A stretch of DNA of 64,000 nucleotides, from contig JAUCBJ010001884.1 in the NCBI GenBank assembly GCA_032718475.1, forward strand, positions 19,475-83,474, written 5' to 3'. Below are positions 1-13,348 of this stretch, piece after piece. Below the pieces are notes generated by a model. It made no database searches, was not told the origin of the DNA, and saw only the letters and a list, made by a program, of their open reading frames with translations. Positions within the stretch are counted from its first letter, which is position 1. Each line of letters starts with the position of its first letter. Source of the DNA: Nemertoderma westbladi (Eukaryota > Animalia > Xenacoelomorpha). The translations under genes and the position numbers were made by a program.

Positions 1-246
1 ATTGAATATACCGGTACTGGATTGTAGTTTTTGAATCATTGAATTTATTGTATTAAATTACGTCGTTTTTAATGATTAATTTATTAAATAGATGAAAATA
101 TTGTTTATTAAATAATTAACTTTGGTGTGGAAAGATAATATTCATCAGTTATAGTTCAGTACATTATAAATTAATAATAAATTGTTGTTGCTAATTTACA
201 TGTTTATAAATTGAAATAGAACCAAGACTTACCATTTGGTGGACAA

Positions 247-905
247 TACTACTACAACTAGGATCGGCATGCTGCATTGCAGCTGCATTTTTAAGAATGC
301 TGTGCCGGCTTGTCGACAAAATTGCGCCGCCACAACTCCCTATCACCCATGACATTTGCTAGATCATCCGCATCTTCAAGGCCAGTGTCCTTTGAGATGC
401 GACTCAAGAAAGTCATGGGCTGCCCACCACGCTTATTTTCTCCATATAAGAATACAAGATTATGCACTGGCTGGTCCTCACGGCGAAAACAATGTCCTGC
501 AAAGCGGAGGCGATTTTGTTCTAGTGTCAAGCTTGGGGGAACCAATGAGACACCTCCAATGTTATATAGTGTCTGATTGGAGATGTGTGCATTGTACTTG
601 ACACAATGAACCCGGCGTAGAATTCTTGTGAATGTGCCATCCAGAGATTTGGTGTCCTCAGCAGTTAGAGCCCAGCATGGACTTAAATAGAGGAGTACTG
701 GAACTACTGCTGCTCGAAATAATCGGACCTTAAGTTTCCGATTAATTCTCGGTGACTTCCAAATCCTGGAAAGCCTATTCAAGGCTGCCCATGCCTTTCC
801 CTTACGTATTCGAAGGTCCTCACCTGACTTCCGGATCCATGATCCCGGGTAACAGAAGTCGTCCACATGCTCAAGCATACCATCCTTTGAGCTTATGCTC
901 ATCTT
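247..905 (-). mobile_element. RTE-like non-LTR retrotransposon, 5'-truncated 3' fragment with (TAG)n tail
   Basis: ORF 291-914 has RTE C-terminal motifs (DFCYPGS, RKGKAWAA, KVRLFRAAVVPVLLY, RLRFAGHCFR, DRELWR); the same 3' end and tail recur at 5528, 42430 and 57120. Confidence 0.85.
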
Positions 906-2065
906 GGTGGACAATAGATAGGTTTTACCTGTGCACTGTGCAAGTTTACTACACTTTTTGAGAAAACTAAATTATTTTGTGATATCTGTGTTGTGTGGGA
1001 TAAGTATGGAACACCAATAGCGCCATAATGTTACTAACAACTAGTTGGTAGCTACTGTTTTGTTATTGGTCAGTTGATATTAGCCAATAAGAAAAAAGCA
1101 ACTACCATCTATTTAGCCAATAGGAAAAAGTACATACCATGTAGGCCGAGATGGTAGCTACTATTCCCTTATTGGCTAATTACAGTAGGTGGTTAGATTT
1201 AGACGGAATTTTTCATAATTTAATTTTATAATTAAATAACGCCGTTCTATTTAGTATTTTTCATTCGAGAGGCATAATAAGATAATCATTAGCCAATAGG
1301 AAATTTTTTTTCTATTTGCTATGTTAGCGCTTTTAGTAAATTATGTTCATTCAATCTCAATTTTGTGTAATTTCGAGCTTATAATAATTGGAGCTGAGAA
1401 TTCATGCATTTATGACTTATAAACTGCTAGTTTAAAAGTTGTACAGTATATAAGTTGTAAATTATATGCAAACATAATACGGCTTTAAAAGTGATAGAAT
1501 ACTGCCCTAAGACAGTATTATTTTTCAATTATTTCTTCAAATTCGGAATCTTCAGGAAATTTTACCCTAGAAATGATGAAAAATACCATGCTTTCCGCAA
1601 ATTTCATATTTACCCATTATGTCACATGTAGCGTGGAATTGCCCTGCAGTTTAATTTAAAGAATTAGCAAAATAGCAAAGATTCAGTAAGATACCTTGCC
1701 ACACACAATGATTGGATAAAAATAAAATCAGCTGAAGAGAGTAAGCATGTATTGACTTAATGCAATGTAGTGTTATTACTATTTGTTCTGAAATGGCTCC
1801 TTCCATCTACCAATAGCCGTGTAGATGATTCACATTGGTAGCCAATAGGAACCGGGATTGAAATCTTTTGTTATCATCTCTCACTTGAGTGTGGTTAATG
1901 GGTCAGCAGTGTGGTTAATTACTGTATAATATAATATTGCTCAATTAACATATTTTTTTACAATTATTATTAAGAAACTAAAATATTAATTCATTAACAG
2001 CATATTTGATTTGTCAGTTATTATTAAGTAAATAAATTATGTGGAATCAGTGTAAATTGGTACAC

Positions 2066-2575
2066 ACTGACAGACCCACCGACAGTCTGACCAACCGACC
2101 GACCAACAGATTGACCGACAGACTGACCAATCGACCGACAGACTGAGCGACTGACTGACCAACCGACTGACCCACTGACAGACTGACCAACCGACAGACA
2201 TACTGACCAACCGACCGAGAGACTGACCGACAGACTGACCAACCGACCGACAGACTGACCGACAGACTAACCAACTGACTTACCGATCCATCAACTGACC
2301 GACCGACCGACAGACTGAATGACAGACTGACCAACCAGACCAACAGACTGACCGGCAGACTGAATGACAATTTGACCAACCGACCGACAGACTCACACAC
2401 AGACTGACCAACTGACCTACCAACCAACAAACAAACTGACCGACAGATTGAATGACAGACAGACCAACCGACTGACAGACTGACCGACAGACTAACCAAC
2501 TGACCTGCCGACCAATCAACCGACCGACAGACTGAACGACCGACTGACCAACTAACCCACCGACAGACTGACCCA
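2066..2575. repeat. Compound tetranucleotide repeat (GACC/GACA/GACT/AACC)
   Basis: Directly visible; explains the S/V/G low-complexity ORFs. Confidence 0.9.
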
Positions 2576-3739
2576 CCTATATACTGTATAACTTATTACT
2601 AATTGAAATAAACTGATTTCGTTATGGATATAATAGACTGAAATTTTGCCCCATTAATTGATTTATATAAACTAAGACTATTTTTATTCGGAATTAAATG
2701 GTGTTTAAACACAATTAATTTTTTGGTTAATTTTATTACTTCAATAAAGTATTTGAACTTACAAATTATGTATTTCCTGTGTCTTGTCCGTGTCTGGTAT
2801 CCGTAATTCTTCCTTCACCGTTTTCCAGTATTTCATAGATGGGTTGGCTGATTTTATGATAAAGAGTAAAATTTTGCAGAGTAATTAATCACGTCCATTC
2901 TGTTGAACTTTGTACAGTATGAGGTTGACATAATTTTGACTCTTCTCGCTGAAACTCTTCCACGAATAATGATGGATTGAAATAATTCTTCCACATATTT
3001 GCTACTGCAAATGTTGCTTATGATATAAATATCATTCTCCACCGCCAATTGTCATCCTACAGTAAACTGTGCCCACATATCCCAGAGCACAACAGAACCC
3101 TTGCCCTTGGATTATATTTACAAGCCCTGCCCAGCTGACTGATCAATGCCCGTTCAGAAAATATACTGTACTTTATTTGATTTTTTTATTATAATTTTAG
3201 CTTTTGCCAACAATTCCATCGACTGTAAATCCTATAGACGTATTTTGTATTTAATTTTATTTATTAATGTTTGTGTGTAATTAAATTTTATCAATTATAA
3301 AGTCATGTAAGACTATCACCGAATAACATCAGAGATCACAGATAGGCCTAAGTTAAAAGGTAAATAGAATTAAGTAATATCAGCGTTGGTGGGTGTTTTA
3401 AAGATGATTGTAGTTAGTAAAACATAAAATTATTAAAAGCATTTGTGCATTTGTTTACGTGATGAAATCGTAATTGACAAGTAAATAAACGACATACTGC
3501 ACAACATATTAAATAAAACAATAAATAACATTTAGTTTCGTAAGTTAAATTTCATTAGGAGTATTTTTTAATACTCATTACAGTCATCAGTAGCGAATCA
3601 ACAAATTGTCAGCTCCATTATCAAGCCCATTTGCCACAAAGGTACAAATAATCGAGACACATCAATGAATTCGTACTTCGGTTGAGCGTTTAGATAATTG
3701 TCATTCCAATATATTTGTCAAGCCTAAAAAAAAATAATA

Positions 3740-4376
3740 CTGTTGTGATTAGACACTTGCGTTCTGTATATATTGTGGTAATTAGACATTAGTGAAGTCT
3801 TGTGGTAATTAGACACTCAGTATTAACAACTACCGTACTGTATATTGTGGTAATTAGACACTTGCGTTCTGTATATTGTGGTAAATAGATGCCAATGTAA
3901 AATAATATTGTGGTAATTAGATGCAGTGTAGTCTTGTGGTAAATAGACACTTGCGTTCTTTATATTGTGGTAATTAGATGCCAATGTAAAATAATATTGT
4001 GGTAATTAGATGCAGTGTAGTCTTGTGGTAAATAGACACTTGAGTTCTGTATATTGTGGTAATTAGATGCCAATGTAAAATAATATTGTGGTAATTAGAT
4101 GCAGTGTAGTCTTGTGGTAAATAGACACTTGAGTTCTGTATATTGTGGTAATTAGATGCCATTGTAAAATAATATTGTGGTAATTAGATGCAGTGTAGTC
4201 TTGTGGTAAATAGACACTTGCTTTCTATATATTGTGGTAATTAGATGCCAATGTAAAATAAAAAATAATATTGTGGTAATTAGATGCAGTGTAGTCTTGT
4301 GGTAAATAGACACTTGAGCTCTGTATATTGTGGTAATTAGATACCAATGTAAAATAATATTGTGGTAATTAGATGC
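3740..4376. repeat. Minisatellite, 89-bp higher-order unit made of three TTGTGGTAA(T/A)TAGA-containing subunits
   Basis: Units start at about 3961, 4050 and 4139; followed by 10-bp (G/A)TTG(G/T)GGTAG repeats to ~4460. Confidence 0.85.
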
Positions 4377-5527
4377 CTCTATCTAATTGTTGGGGTAGAT
4401 TGCGGTAGATTGTGGTAGGTTGGGGTAGATTGTGGTAGGTTGGGGTAGGTTGGGGTAATTAGTAGGACCCCAATAACATAGGGTATTTCATACTTATAGT
4501 CTTATTTTTGCAAAATGAAAATACCACAGGTACGGATATGAACTATAACTGGCCTAATTGTAAGAAGAGTTTCACTTTTCAGTTTTCAATTTTCACTTTT
4601 TTCAAAATATTACATTTTGTTCATTTGAAGATTCCTTTAACTGTTTAATGACCTACTGCCACCGGTTTACCGGTAAGCCTACCCACCCAGACTGCCAGAC
4701 AGCATACAAAATCAGATTTCTTAATTAATGGAAAGGAGCAGGTTACAGTTAGACAGTAGCAGGCTTTTCTAACCAAAACAATAAACGATAACCAAAGAAC
4801 ACATGTTACAGTCGTATTTTTGAAGTAAAACGCCTGTCCTTATCTGATCTGATCTGACGGCATCTGATCCTATAACCAATCAGGAGAAAGAGATATAGGT
4901 AAATAGGCAATAGGGCTGATCAGGTTGCCATGTTACGTATCAGTATCATCATATGACAGAGCAGTAGGCAGGTAGGCCTTCAGGCATACCGGTATGCAGC
5001 CAATGCAGCAAAGGCATACAGGCAAAGGCATACATAATGCGATATACAGTAGGCCTACGATGAAGGATGGCGGGTATGAAATGAGATGTCTTACATTTTA
5101 TATGGCTTATGTACAATGTTAATAAAAAACTTCAACTTCAACTTCAAAGTTCTGTGATTGCGCCAGCAAACATGGATAGTTTCAGATGTAAACAACTTTC
5201 GCAGATGTAGTCGGTGTTGAAACATTAATCATTTTATTAAAAACAATACAGCCTTTCTGCCTTTGCTGCAATATTTTAGTAATCTTTCTTGTTAATAGTT
5301 TATTAATAGGCCTAGTTAAAGTTAATTATTTTATTTATAATATTATTACATTTAAAATATTTATTGTTTGTTTGTTACGCTATAAAGGGAAGGCAGGAAG
5401 GGGTACAGTACCAGAGTACTGCAGAACTGTACCTCTGTACAGTACTGTTACTGCCGAATATGGCGAAACACTTTAACATTCCCCATATTGCCCTGATTGC
5501 CAGCTGATACAGTGGAGTTTATTATAC

Positions 5528-5594
5528 CCTACTACTACTACTACTAGGATCGGCATGCTGCATTGCAGCTGCATTTTTAAGAATGCTGTGCCGG
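5528..5594 (-). mobile_element. RTE-like LINE extreme 3' end/tail, cut by a BEL LTR insertion
   Basis: Matches 258-308 and carries a (CTA)n tail; homology stops exactly at the TG at 5595. Confidence 0.85.
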
Positions 5595-6788
5595 TGTTCG
5601 CGCTTTCAGACCTTTGGCAGTTTAACCCGCCAAATTAGGATGTCTTCTAGATAATAATTCGCTTTTAGCCTATGACAAGTATTTGATTCACTACACTAGT
5701 CGAAACCAATCTGTGCGCGATCATTCACCCGCTGGATATACCCGGGAGATTGGGTTCGACGGCTTAATCGTATTGCTATGTAGGCCTAATGTATTATTCG
5801 ACTGAAAGTATTATATAATCTCTGACAATATTATTCACCTTCGGGAAATATTAACAGTTCCTTTAGGACGTGGCGCTCTACCTATATAAACAGAGTTATG
5901 ACTTAAACTACTCACAACGATATGGCTTAGTTATAATTCACATATATGGCGCATTCTTTAGGAAATGCTTCGTTATCAGTCTCACTCATACACAATGCTG
6001 CACAATACTGCACACTGATCTGCCGATCTTCACTGATTTTAGTCACATATAAAAGGAACACGGACAGAATCATGTAGGGTCTATCAAATAACATTAGATT
6101 CACCTCAAACCACTTTAACATAAGTCACAATCGTTATATGTAACCTTTCTCTCTTACCTTCGGTATATCAAGAATATTGGGTTTTCGGGTTATTTATCGT
6201 TATTCCAAATATAATAATTCATCAACCATATTATGAAGAACTGACAGTAAATAGCAGTATAACAATATAAAAGTATGCACAGGTTGTTTGATTAGGTATG
6301 GTATGTTATGTTTAGTTATGTTATGTTGAGTTGAGATAACGGATATATGTCCTTATAATTAAGCCTACTAGTGTAAGACTAAAAACTGAAAACACGGAGG
6401 TGCCAAAAGCCGGTTCTTAGGCTCTGGGCAAAAAAATAACACTGAAGTACTGAGCCTCTGTATACACCTCCAACACAGAGACAACAAACGCTCTGATTGG
6501 TTAACCGAACAACGAGAGAACAAAGAAACAAAGAAACGTCGACGTGGCAATATCAGCTGCTAGCCGTCGTCATGGTAGCGACACTGTTTTCAAGAGTATC
6601 CAGCTATTGCGTCACGAGATTGTGGATTATGTCCTCTAAAGTACAAATACAGTACAAATACATAAGAAATGACTTTTATGTCCTCTAAAACACCAGTACA
6701 GTAAGGACACGGCCTTTTTATGCCTGGTAAACCAACTACAGAGTACTTTACGGGAAAATAACCGGCTAATTACGCAAAAGCTTTTACA
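5595..6788 (-). repeat. 3' LTR of BEL/Pao element 1
   Basis: Minus strand reads TGTAAAAGCTTTTGCG...GCGCGAACA, preceded by PPT-like GGGAGCGG; the same termini bound the solo LTR at 56072-57117. Confidence 0.85.
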
Positions 6789-6814
6789 CCGCTCCCAGAA
6801 AATGGGATTTAAGT

Positions 6815-8195
6815 CTATAAAATATAACAAATCACAGTTTCTAAAATATAAAGATACTCTAAACAGTTAGTCTTTCTTACGCAGACGGCGTTTACGCAGT
6901 TTTTTGAGGCTAGCAAGAGTCTTTTTCTCTTTGGGGGGAGCCACTTTACTAGGAGGGCCATAACTCCTGGGTGAAGGGTGCAATATGATTGCATCAGAAG
7001 GTGTAGGATTATGGTCGAGGTATCTGCCGTTTCGATATGCTTCTCCTCGAGCTGATTTTCCTCCGCTCGTAGCTGGATACGTTCATCCAAAAACTCTCGC
7101 ATAGAATAGGATCGTCCAAGTTCGATAACTTCTTAGAGATTCTGGATTTCCCAATCGAATTGAGATAAGGCCAATTCGTTTATCGATTGGACTTACTGTT
7201 ATAACTTACGTTTATCTGAACAAACGCAGGTTTCTTTTTTGATCTTTATAGAATAGCGTTTAACTCGTTTCGTACAACGCTCTCCTTCACCTTGATGAGG
7301 GGTTGTATCGCGTTAAACGGGGACGACCATACGGTTGGATAGTGATATTAGGTGTCCGCGTCACAATCCGGCTAGGTAAGATGGGCGGCTAGCTAGAAAT
7401 CACTGTCGGAGTGTTACCGATTAATTGTTAGGGTAGCACTAGATCTTTGAACAGTGAATACAGTCCGCGAGGATCCGCGACACCACCAGGATCGCAGGTC
7501 TGAGGTCCAACTAAGGAATGAGGAGGTTTGACCGAGTATTCCGGGACTCTGATCGTAGGTTTACTCCAGGATCGTTCGAGCCGAGTGAGCATAGGTGATA
7601 CGTCAAACAAGTTTCGCTCGAAACTCCAGTAAATATAACGAGTACAACTGTGTTTAACACAACGTTTCCGTGGATGTTTATGTCTTTCCGTTTATTGGCT
7701 GGGTCTAGGGCATTTATCGTAATAATACCAAAGACGCACGTCTGGTAGGGTAAACGCGGGTGATATTTATTTGTTGTTACAATGCTTCTATCAAGAATTC
7801 CAAATATACGTTGGAGTTACCGCGTCCATTTGTTTCTTTAGTGTCTTTTCTTTCGAGTCGATTTCGAATAGAATTTTCGCATTCGAATTTCAGTTTATGG
7901 TTCCGACTCCGCTGGGCAGGATATATAGTCGACATAGTCCGTATTGTGTAAATCGATAGGATGACCAGTAGTTAAGAAGCCCATATACGTACCATTACGC
8001 TGCGTATATCGAGCAGCGAATTTTCTATAATCCAACTCACGCGTGAGTTGCTCTTGGGACATTGGCGGTTCGATATAACGACCATCGTCCTCTGCAGCAG
8101 TTGGACTAACGTCGCCGCGTATTAAGTTATCAACAAACGCCTGTAAAAGTAGAGTATATCACTCCCCGATACCAAGACCATCTTCTATCCACTCC
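6815..8195 (-). pseudogene. Possible decayed accessory ORF of BEL element 1 (unknown function)
   Basis: Coding-like minus-strand stretches broken by stops (MTEWIEDGLGIGE*YTLLLQAFVDNLIRGD..., ORFs 7428-7610 and 6815-7102); no pol motifs. Confidence 0.3.
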
Positions 8196-9148
8196 GTCAT
8201 ATCTGCTATATATGAGTTTATCCATATTATAAGGAGTTTATATTTAGGCTAGCGAGCGTCGCTGCCTACCCCAATCAGCCCCCGGACAGTGCGAGATCCT
8301 CAGCACCGATATGTCGTCGCCGCTGTACTTTCGCCAACGACGTAGCCGCACAATGACAACGACAACCGGCACAAGTCACTCGACTGTCCGTCCCAAAGGC
8401 TTAGATACACCTCAGGTTCTTACTGGAGAGTTAGGGTTACTTTCACAATTGCGACTCGCTACTGTAAACACACCTTAGTAGTAACATTCGCCTATAAACT
8501 CACAAATACCACACACACAACTTGTCACAAATTACACACACTCGGGTCACTTGTCCGTTTGTCAATGCCTTCCAGAATGTCACTGTATTACTATGTATCC
8601 TTGGATACTAGCAGTGCGCTATTTATTCCCTATGCTATTCAATGGGACAAGCTTTCTATTGTTCTTTTAACTCAATTCTAATTCTAGCGTGGTTGTTGCT
8701 ATGGTGACATTATGCAAAGCTAGCGGTAGAATTAGGGTAATTCCAATGCATACAGATCTGGGATGTTATTTAATAGTAATTCTTTAATGGTCAATGTCCT
8801 GTTTTATACATGACTTTATGAATTTTATCGGCTATTGACTATGTTTGGGAGACTTTCGCACACTCATACGCATAATAAGATAAATCTCCGCTCCCTTGAT
8901 CTATTAATTAATGGAATTTTGGGAATGTTATAAATTGCGTAAAAATGGCAATTTATTAAATTCATTAAAAGGCATGAATTTAAATTTATTCCCTGAAATT
9001 TTATTATTTGATAATTAAATTGACATATTTTGATTCTAGAACATGTCTGGGGACACAAGATCCTTAATTCTATGAAAATTGTCTTTTTAAGAATATCGGT
9101 AAATGCTACGATATCTTAATTGACTAGAATTGTTGAAGGATCTGAATT

Positions 9149-12100
9149 TTACAGATTTTGATTTATTAGATTTGCAAATATTAAATAATTAATATTTGAG
9201 ATGGGCACCGATTTATTCCAGAACTCGTCTCCCTCACTAGTATCATCTTCCCATTCACTCACCTGGCGGACGCGATCTTGAAGCAGTCTTTCTCTGAGCG
9301 TTCTTCGGGAAGGTCCAGTAAGGTACCAACCTACTCTAGTTCTTACCGCATAGGTCTGAAGTGGTTGCGGTTGAGCAGGTCGTTTCTCCAATGTCTCCAG
9401 CGCCTCATGCGCGTTTTGACCGATTAATATTTGTACTCCAGGATAATCGGTGTCGAATCTAGGGATGTTAAGTTGTTGGACATGATCATCTTCGTCCCAA
9501 TTATAAGGTTCCACTTGGGTGGTAGCGAAGTTCTTTATTGCCACCATTTTTACTGACCTTATACTGTATTCTCCTAGTTTATCCTGTGGAGTGGACAACT
9601 CACCTATATAATAGTCGGCAGCTACAGTAGAATTCCAAACCTGCATGATCCCTGACATGTTTAGCTTGGTTCGGAACTTGGGTTGTCCAGCAAAGATGAC
9701 TTCGGCTAGTTCTTTATCGATGAATGTTCCTGTGCTACCGGAGTCCAGGAGGGCGTTCACTATATAGCTCTTCTGAGGTCCGTGGACCCGTAACTGGACT
9801 ACAGGAAATTCTCGGATTCCTATATTGGAAGTTGGCGTTTTCCAAGATGGTTGTTGATCAGAAGTTGTTAAGGTAAGGTCGCTGTCTGTGTCTTTCTCAT
9901 GCACGAGTGCTCGATACACTGCGGTGGTGTTTATTAGGTAACAGGATTCGTTTTGGTCGGAGAACTCGTCCGTATAGAATCCTTCCATCTCAGATTGATC
10001 AGTGTCGTTCACATCACTGAATTGGACATGTAGTTCGGACTCACTTACCTGACTCGGGCTGTTTCGTTCGAATTCCGTGTGCAACAAGATATGATGTTTT
10101 GCGCCGCAATTTGCACACCTTGCGTCGGAGTAACAGGTTCGCCGTTGGTGTCCTCGTCTGAGGCAATTATAACACAACCGCTTATCCCACATGACTTCAC
10201 GTCTATCCTTTAGTGATTTCCTCAGGAATTTATCACACGCATTTAAACGGTGGGGCCCGTCGCACAGCACACATTTCGGCTTGATGTTACTTACTTTAAC
10301 CTGTGCTATGTGGTGCACACTTGTTCTTTCCTCGGGCTTTCTCACCTGAATTCTTTTAGGAGACGTAGGAGGGGTTTTTTGTACCTGTTCTCTCCTGTCA
10401 TTGGTTCGAGACTTGAATTTACTTACCTGGTCTTTAGGCGTTTTATTGACATAAGATCTTTCAGTGTCTTTCCCGCTATCCTCTCCTTGAGAAGTCTGGC
10501 TTTCGCCGTCGTCTGTATAACACACTGGTGTTACCCTTCTCCTAGAAACGGGTTTCTCACTTACCTGGTTTTCCAGTGTCTTCTCTCTGGACTGTCTTAG
10601 GAGCTGTAATTTCACTTCGCCATCCAAGAATGTCACGAGATCAGCCATGGTAGGGTCTCGTCGTTGTTGTTCCATCATATATAACACTTTCTTATCCCAG
10701 CGTGTACCTACTCCACCCTTCGGTAAAGTAGAAGCCACTGCTCTAATAACCATAGCACTCTGATACTCATGAGACTTACCTAGCCAATCTAATTGTCTGC
10801 AGATCTCCTGAATCTCATCGGAAAACTCTATAATCCCGCTGCTCATAAACTTTCGGGGCGCTACTAACTTTGCATACAAATACCCAGCTATGTTATTCCT
10901 ATTACCATACCCGATGTTTAGTGTGTCCCAAACTTGTCTTAATCCATCTGGATGTCCAATAAACTTTAACGCCATTGACTTGGGAGGTCCTTCCAAGCAC
11001 TCGATGAGAAATCTAAGTTTCTCTCCGTTGGATAGTACAGAGTTCTGTATGTTATCTTTGTAATATTCATTAAAAGGTAACCATTTCATCTCATCTCCAT
11101 TGAACTTGACGATCTCTCCCACCTTTACCGCTTGCCGGGCTTCGGTTCTAGCCATTTGACGCGTAAAACTTTCTTGGGCCATCGTGTTATTTAATATCGA
11201 GTTATCGGTATATAAATTTCTCGGATTATGATCAGTTCTATAGGGAATGTCATTATCAACAGGTCTATGATTACTCTTAATAGGGTTCATTATAGGAGTT
11301 TCTACTTCACTAGCAGTATATATGCGTGTAGGCTCCACACCTTGCGCAGGAGATACTTCAGACCTAACGGGTTGACACATTGTTACAGGGGGTGGTGGTA
11401 TACACTTTTGTAAGTTTACTAATTTATCGCGCTCTAGCGCGATACTTTGCTGCACTTCTTGCAACTCTAGTCTACTTTCCCTTACTGTGCCCTTGAATTG
11501 CTGAACAGTCTCCTGCATCTGCCCGAGCAGGAGATCCATCCCCCGCCGTCTCTCGTCCACCCATTCGACCGCCGAAGCGGGAGTCGCCAACGTTGTAGCG
11601 GGCGGACGAGGGACAACGGGCGACAAATTATGAATATTTCGCTCGGGGTCCAGGACTTGAACTGTCTCCTGGGCAGTTCTACGGGGCACAGGTAGCTTAG
11701 TGCTATGCAGAGGGAATTTAGAGGTAGCTTCAGGGAGCACAGGTGTGTCTATCACCGAAGGGGTGATTTCAATAACAGGCCTAATTATTTCAGGCTCATC
11801 TACTATAGTAGGGAGTCTTTCTATTTTAATTATTTGGTCTGTGGGCTCTGTACTACCTAAGTTGGTGTTATTTAGTTGCCTTCTAACAGCTGGAGGCAAA
11901 TCAGGCAATTTCTGACGGTGGAATGTTCTTTTACGTCTGCTTAGACGAGATCTATTTCCTTTGCCTTCTCTATCGGTGGTATCGCCTTCCTCAGATGATG
12001 TATATCCCTGTCTTTTGGGAGTAGATCGATTCATCATCTGCATATTACTAGCTGTTAACTGTTTATTTATGCAGTCTTGATTCTCCTGAATGTTTTCCAA

Positions 12101-13348
12101 TTCTAATTGGGTGGTTTCTTCAGCCGCTCTCCGTTCTGCTTCTGCCACTGCCTCCGCCGCTTTTCTTTCCGCTTCGGCCGCTGCCTTTGCTGCTGCTACT
12201 GCTGCTTTTGCCTCTGCCGCTGCCACTGCCGCTGCCGCTTTTGTTTCTGCTTCTGCAGCTGCCACTGCTGCTGCTACTGCCGCTGCCTTTCGGTCTTCTA
12301 TACGTTTTTTCTTTACTTGTTCTTCTTGGACTCGTGTCAGGCGGAGTTGTTCATCAAATTTAGCCTGATTCGCAGCCCTCATTTCCACATCGATGGCATC
12401 CAACACAAGCTTGGTTCCTTCACTATTAGGGCTAAGTCCCTCTAACCTTCTCCTCAACTCGTCATCACCTAAAAAACGTTGATAGTCTGACAGATAGATG
12501 TCAATGGCATCCCTCTTATGCGGCTTCTCTGCCGTCGCTTCACTTTCCACTTGGGAAAAAGTAGCGTCTGTTGATTCTCCATGGGTTGAGCGCTCCTCCA
12601 GCTGAGCTTTCCACTGAGCTGTTCCTTGAACCTGGAGACTCACCCGTTGAAACCAAGTCTTTACGGCAACTTGCAACGACGTGTCTTGCCTTCGTTTAGA
12701 AGCCTCCTCAAAGGCCGATAATATTAGCCTGATTCGTAGAATTCTTTCTCTAACTTGATAAAGCAGCAATCCCTGCTCTTGAGGTCCTTGAGGTTGTTGA
12801 AACAGTTGTTCTTTTAATCGCTCTATAGAGCTGAAGAATCCCTGTGCGTATCCGGCTGCGGACCTCTTCCACACAGCTGGATCGATGGTTTCCTTGGCTA
12901 CTCCCATCCGGTGTATGTCTTCCCAGGCAGCTTATGATAAATCAAACGGGTGTTCTTCCACAGCGATCAATAACCTAGTGAGTACGGCTGCAGGAAGGAT
13001 GAGAAGGGGATCCGAATAAACCGCATCCATCATCTTTGCTCCGCGTTCTGGCGTCAGTTCTACAGTATCCTCACTACTGGGGCTGTTGGGCCGTTGAGAA
13101 GTAAGTTCTTGGCTCGCGGGTTGTTGCTGTTCCGCTGCTTCTTGGTCCCGCTTGACCTGAGCTCGAGTGCCTATGATAGACCTACGATGTTGAACCAGCC
13201 TAGGTTCTTTTATTACTACTGGAGGGATGACCTTCCTCACAGTGGGAGGTGAACTGAACTTACGACTAGACGGTTCTACGCCTCTATCTGAGTCGCAGAT
13301 AGTTACATCTAATAAACTGTCTGACAGGTTCTGCTTAGTATCAGACAT
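9149..13348 (-). pseudogene. BEL/Pao Gag-aspartic protease with one in-frame TAA (12932-12934)
   Basis: ORFs 12932-13348 and 9149-12907 are in the same frame; KFNGDEMKWLPF/EKLRFLIECLEG (DUF1759-like), triple Zn knuckle CVLCDGPH..CYNCLRRGH..CANCGAKHHILLH, protease ALLDSGS, AVRTRVGW. Confidence 0.85.

Noticed and set aside
2024-2576. ORFs of 72-150 aa
   Set aside because: Artefacts of a tetranucleotide repeat
2780-3150. Possible exon or transposase remnant
   Set aside because: No recognisable motif in any frame
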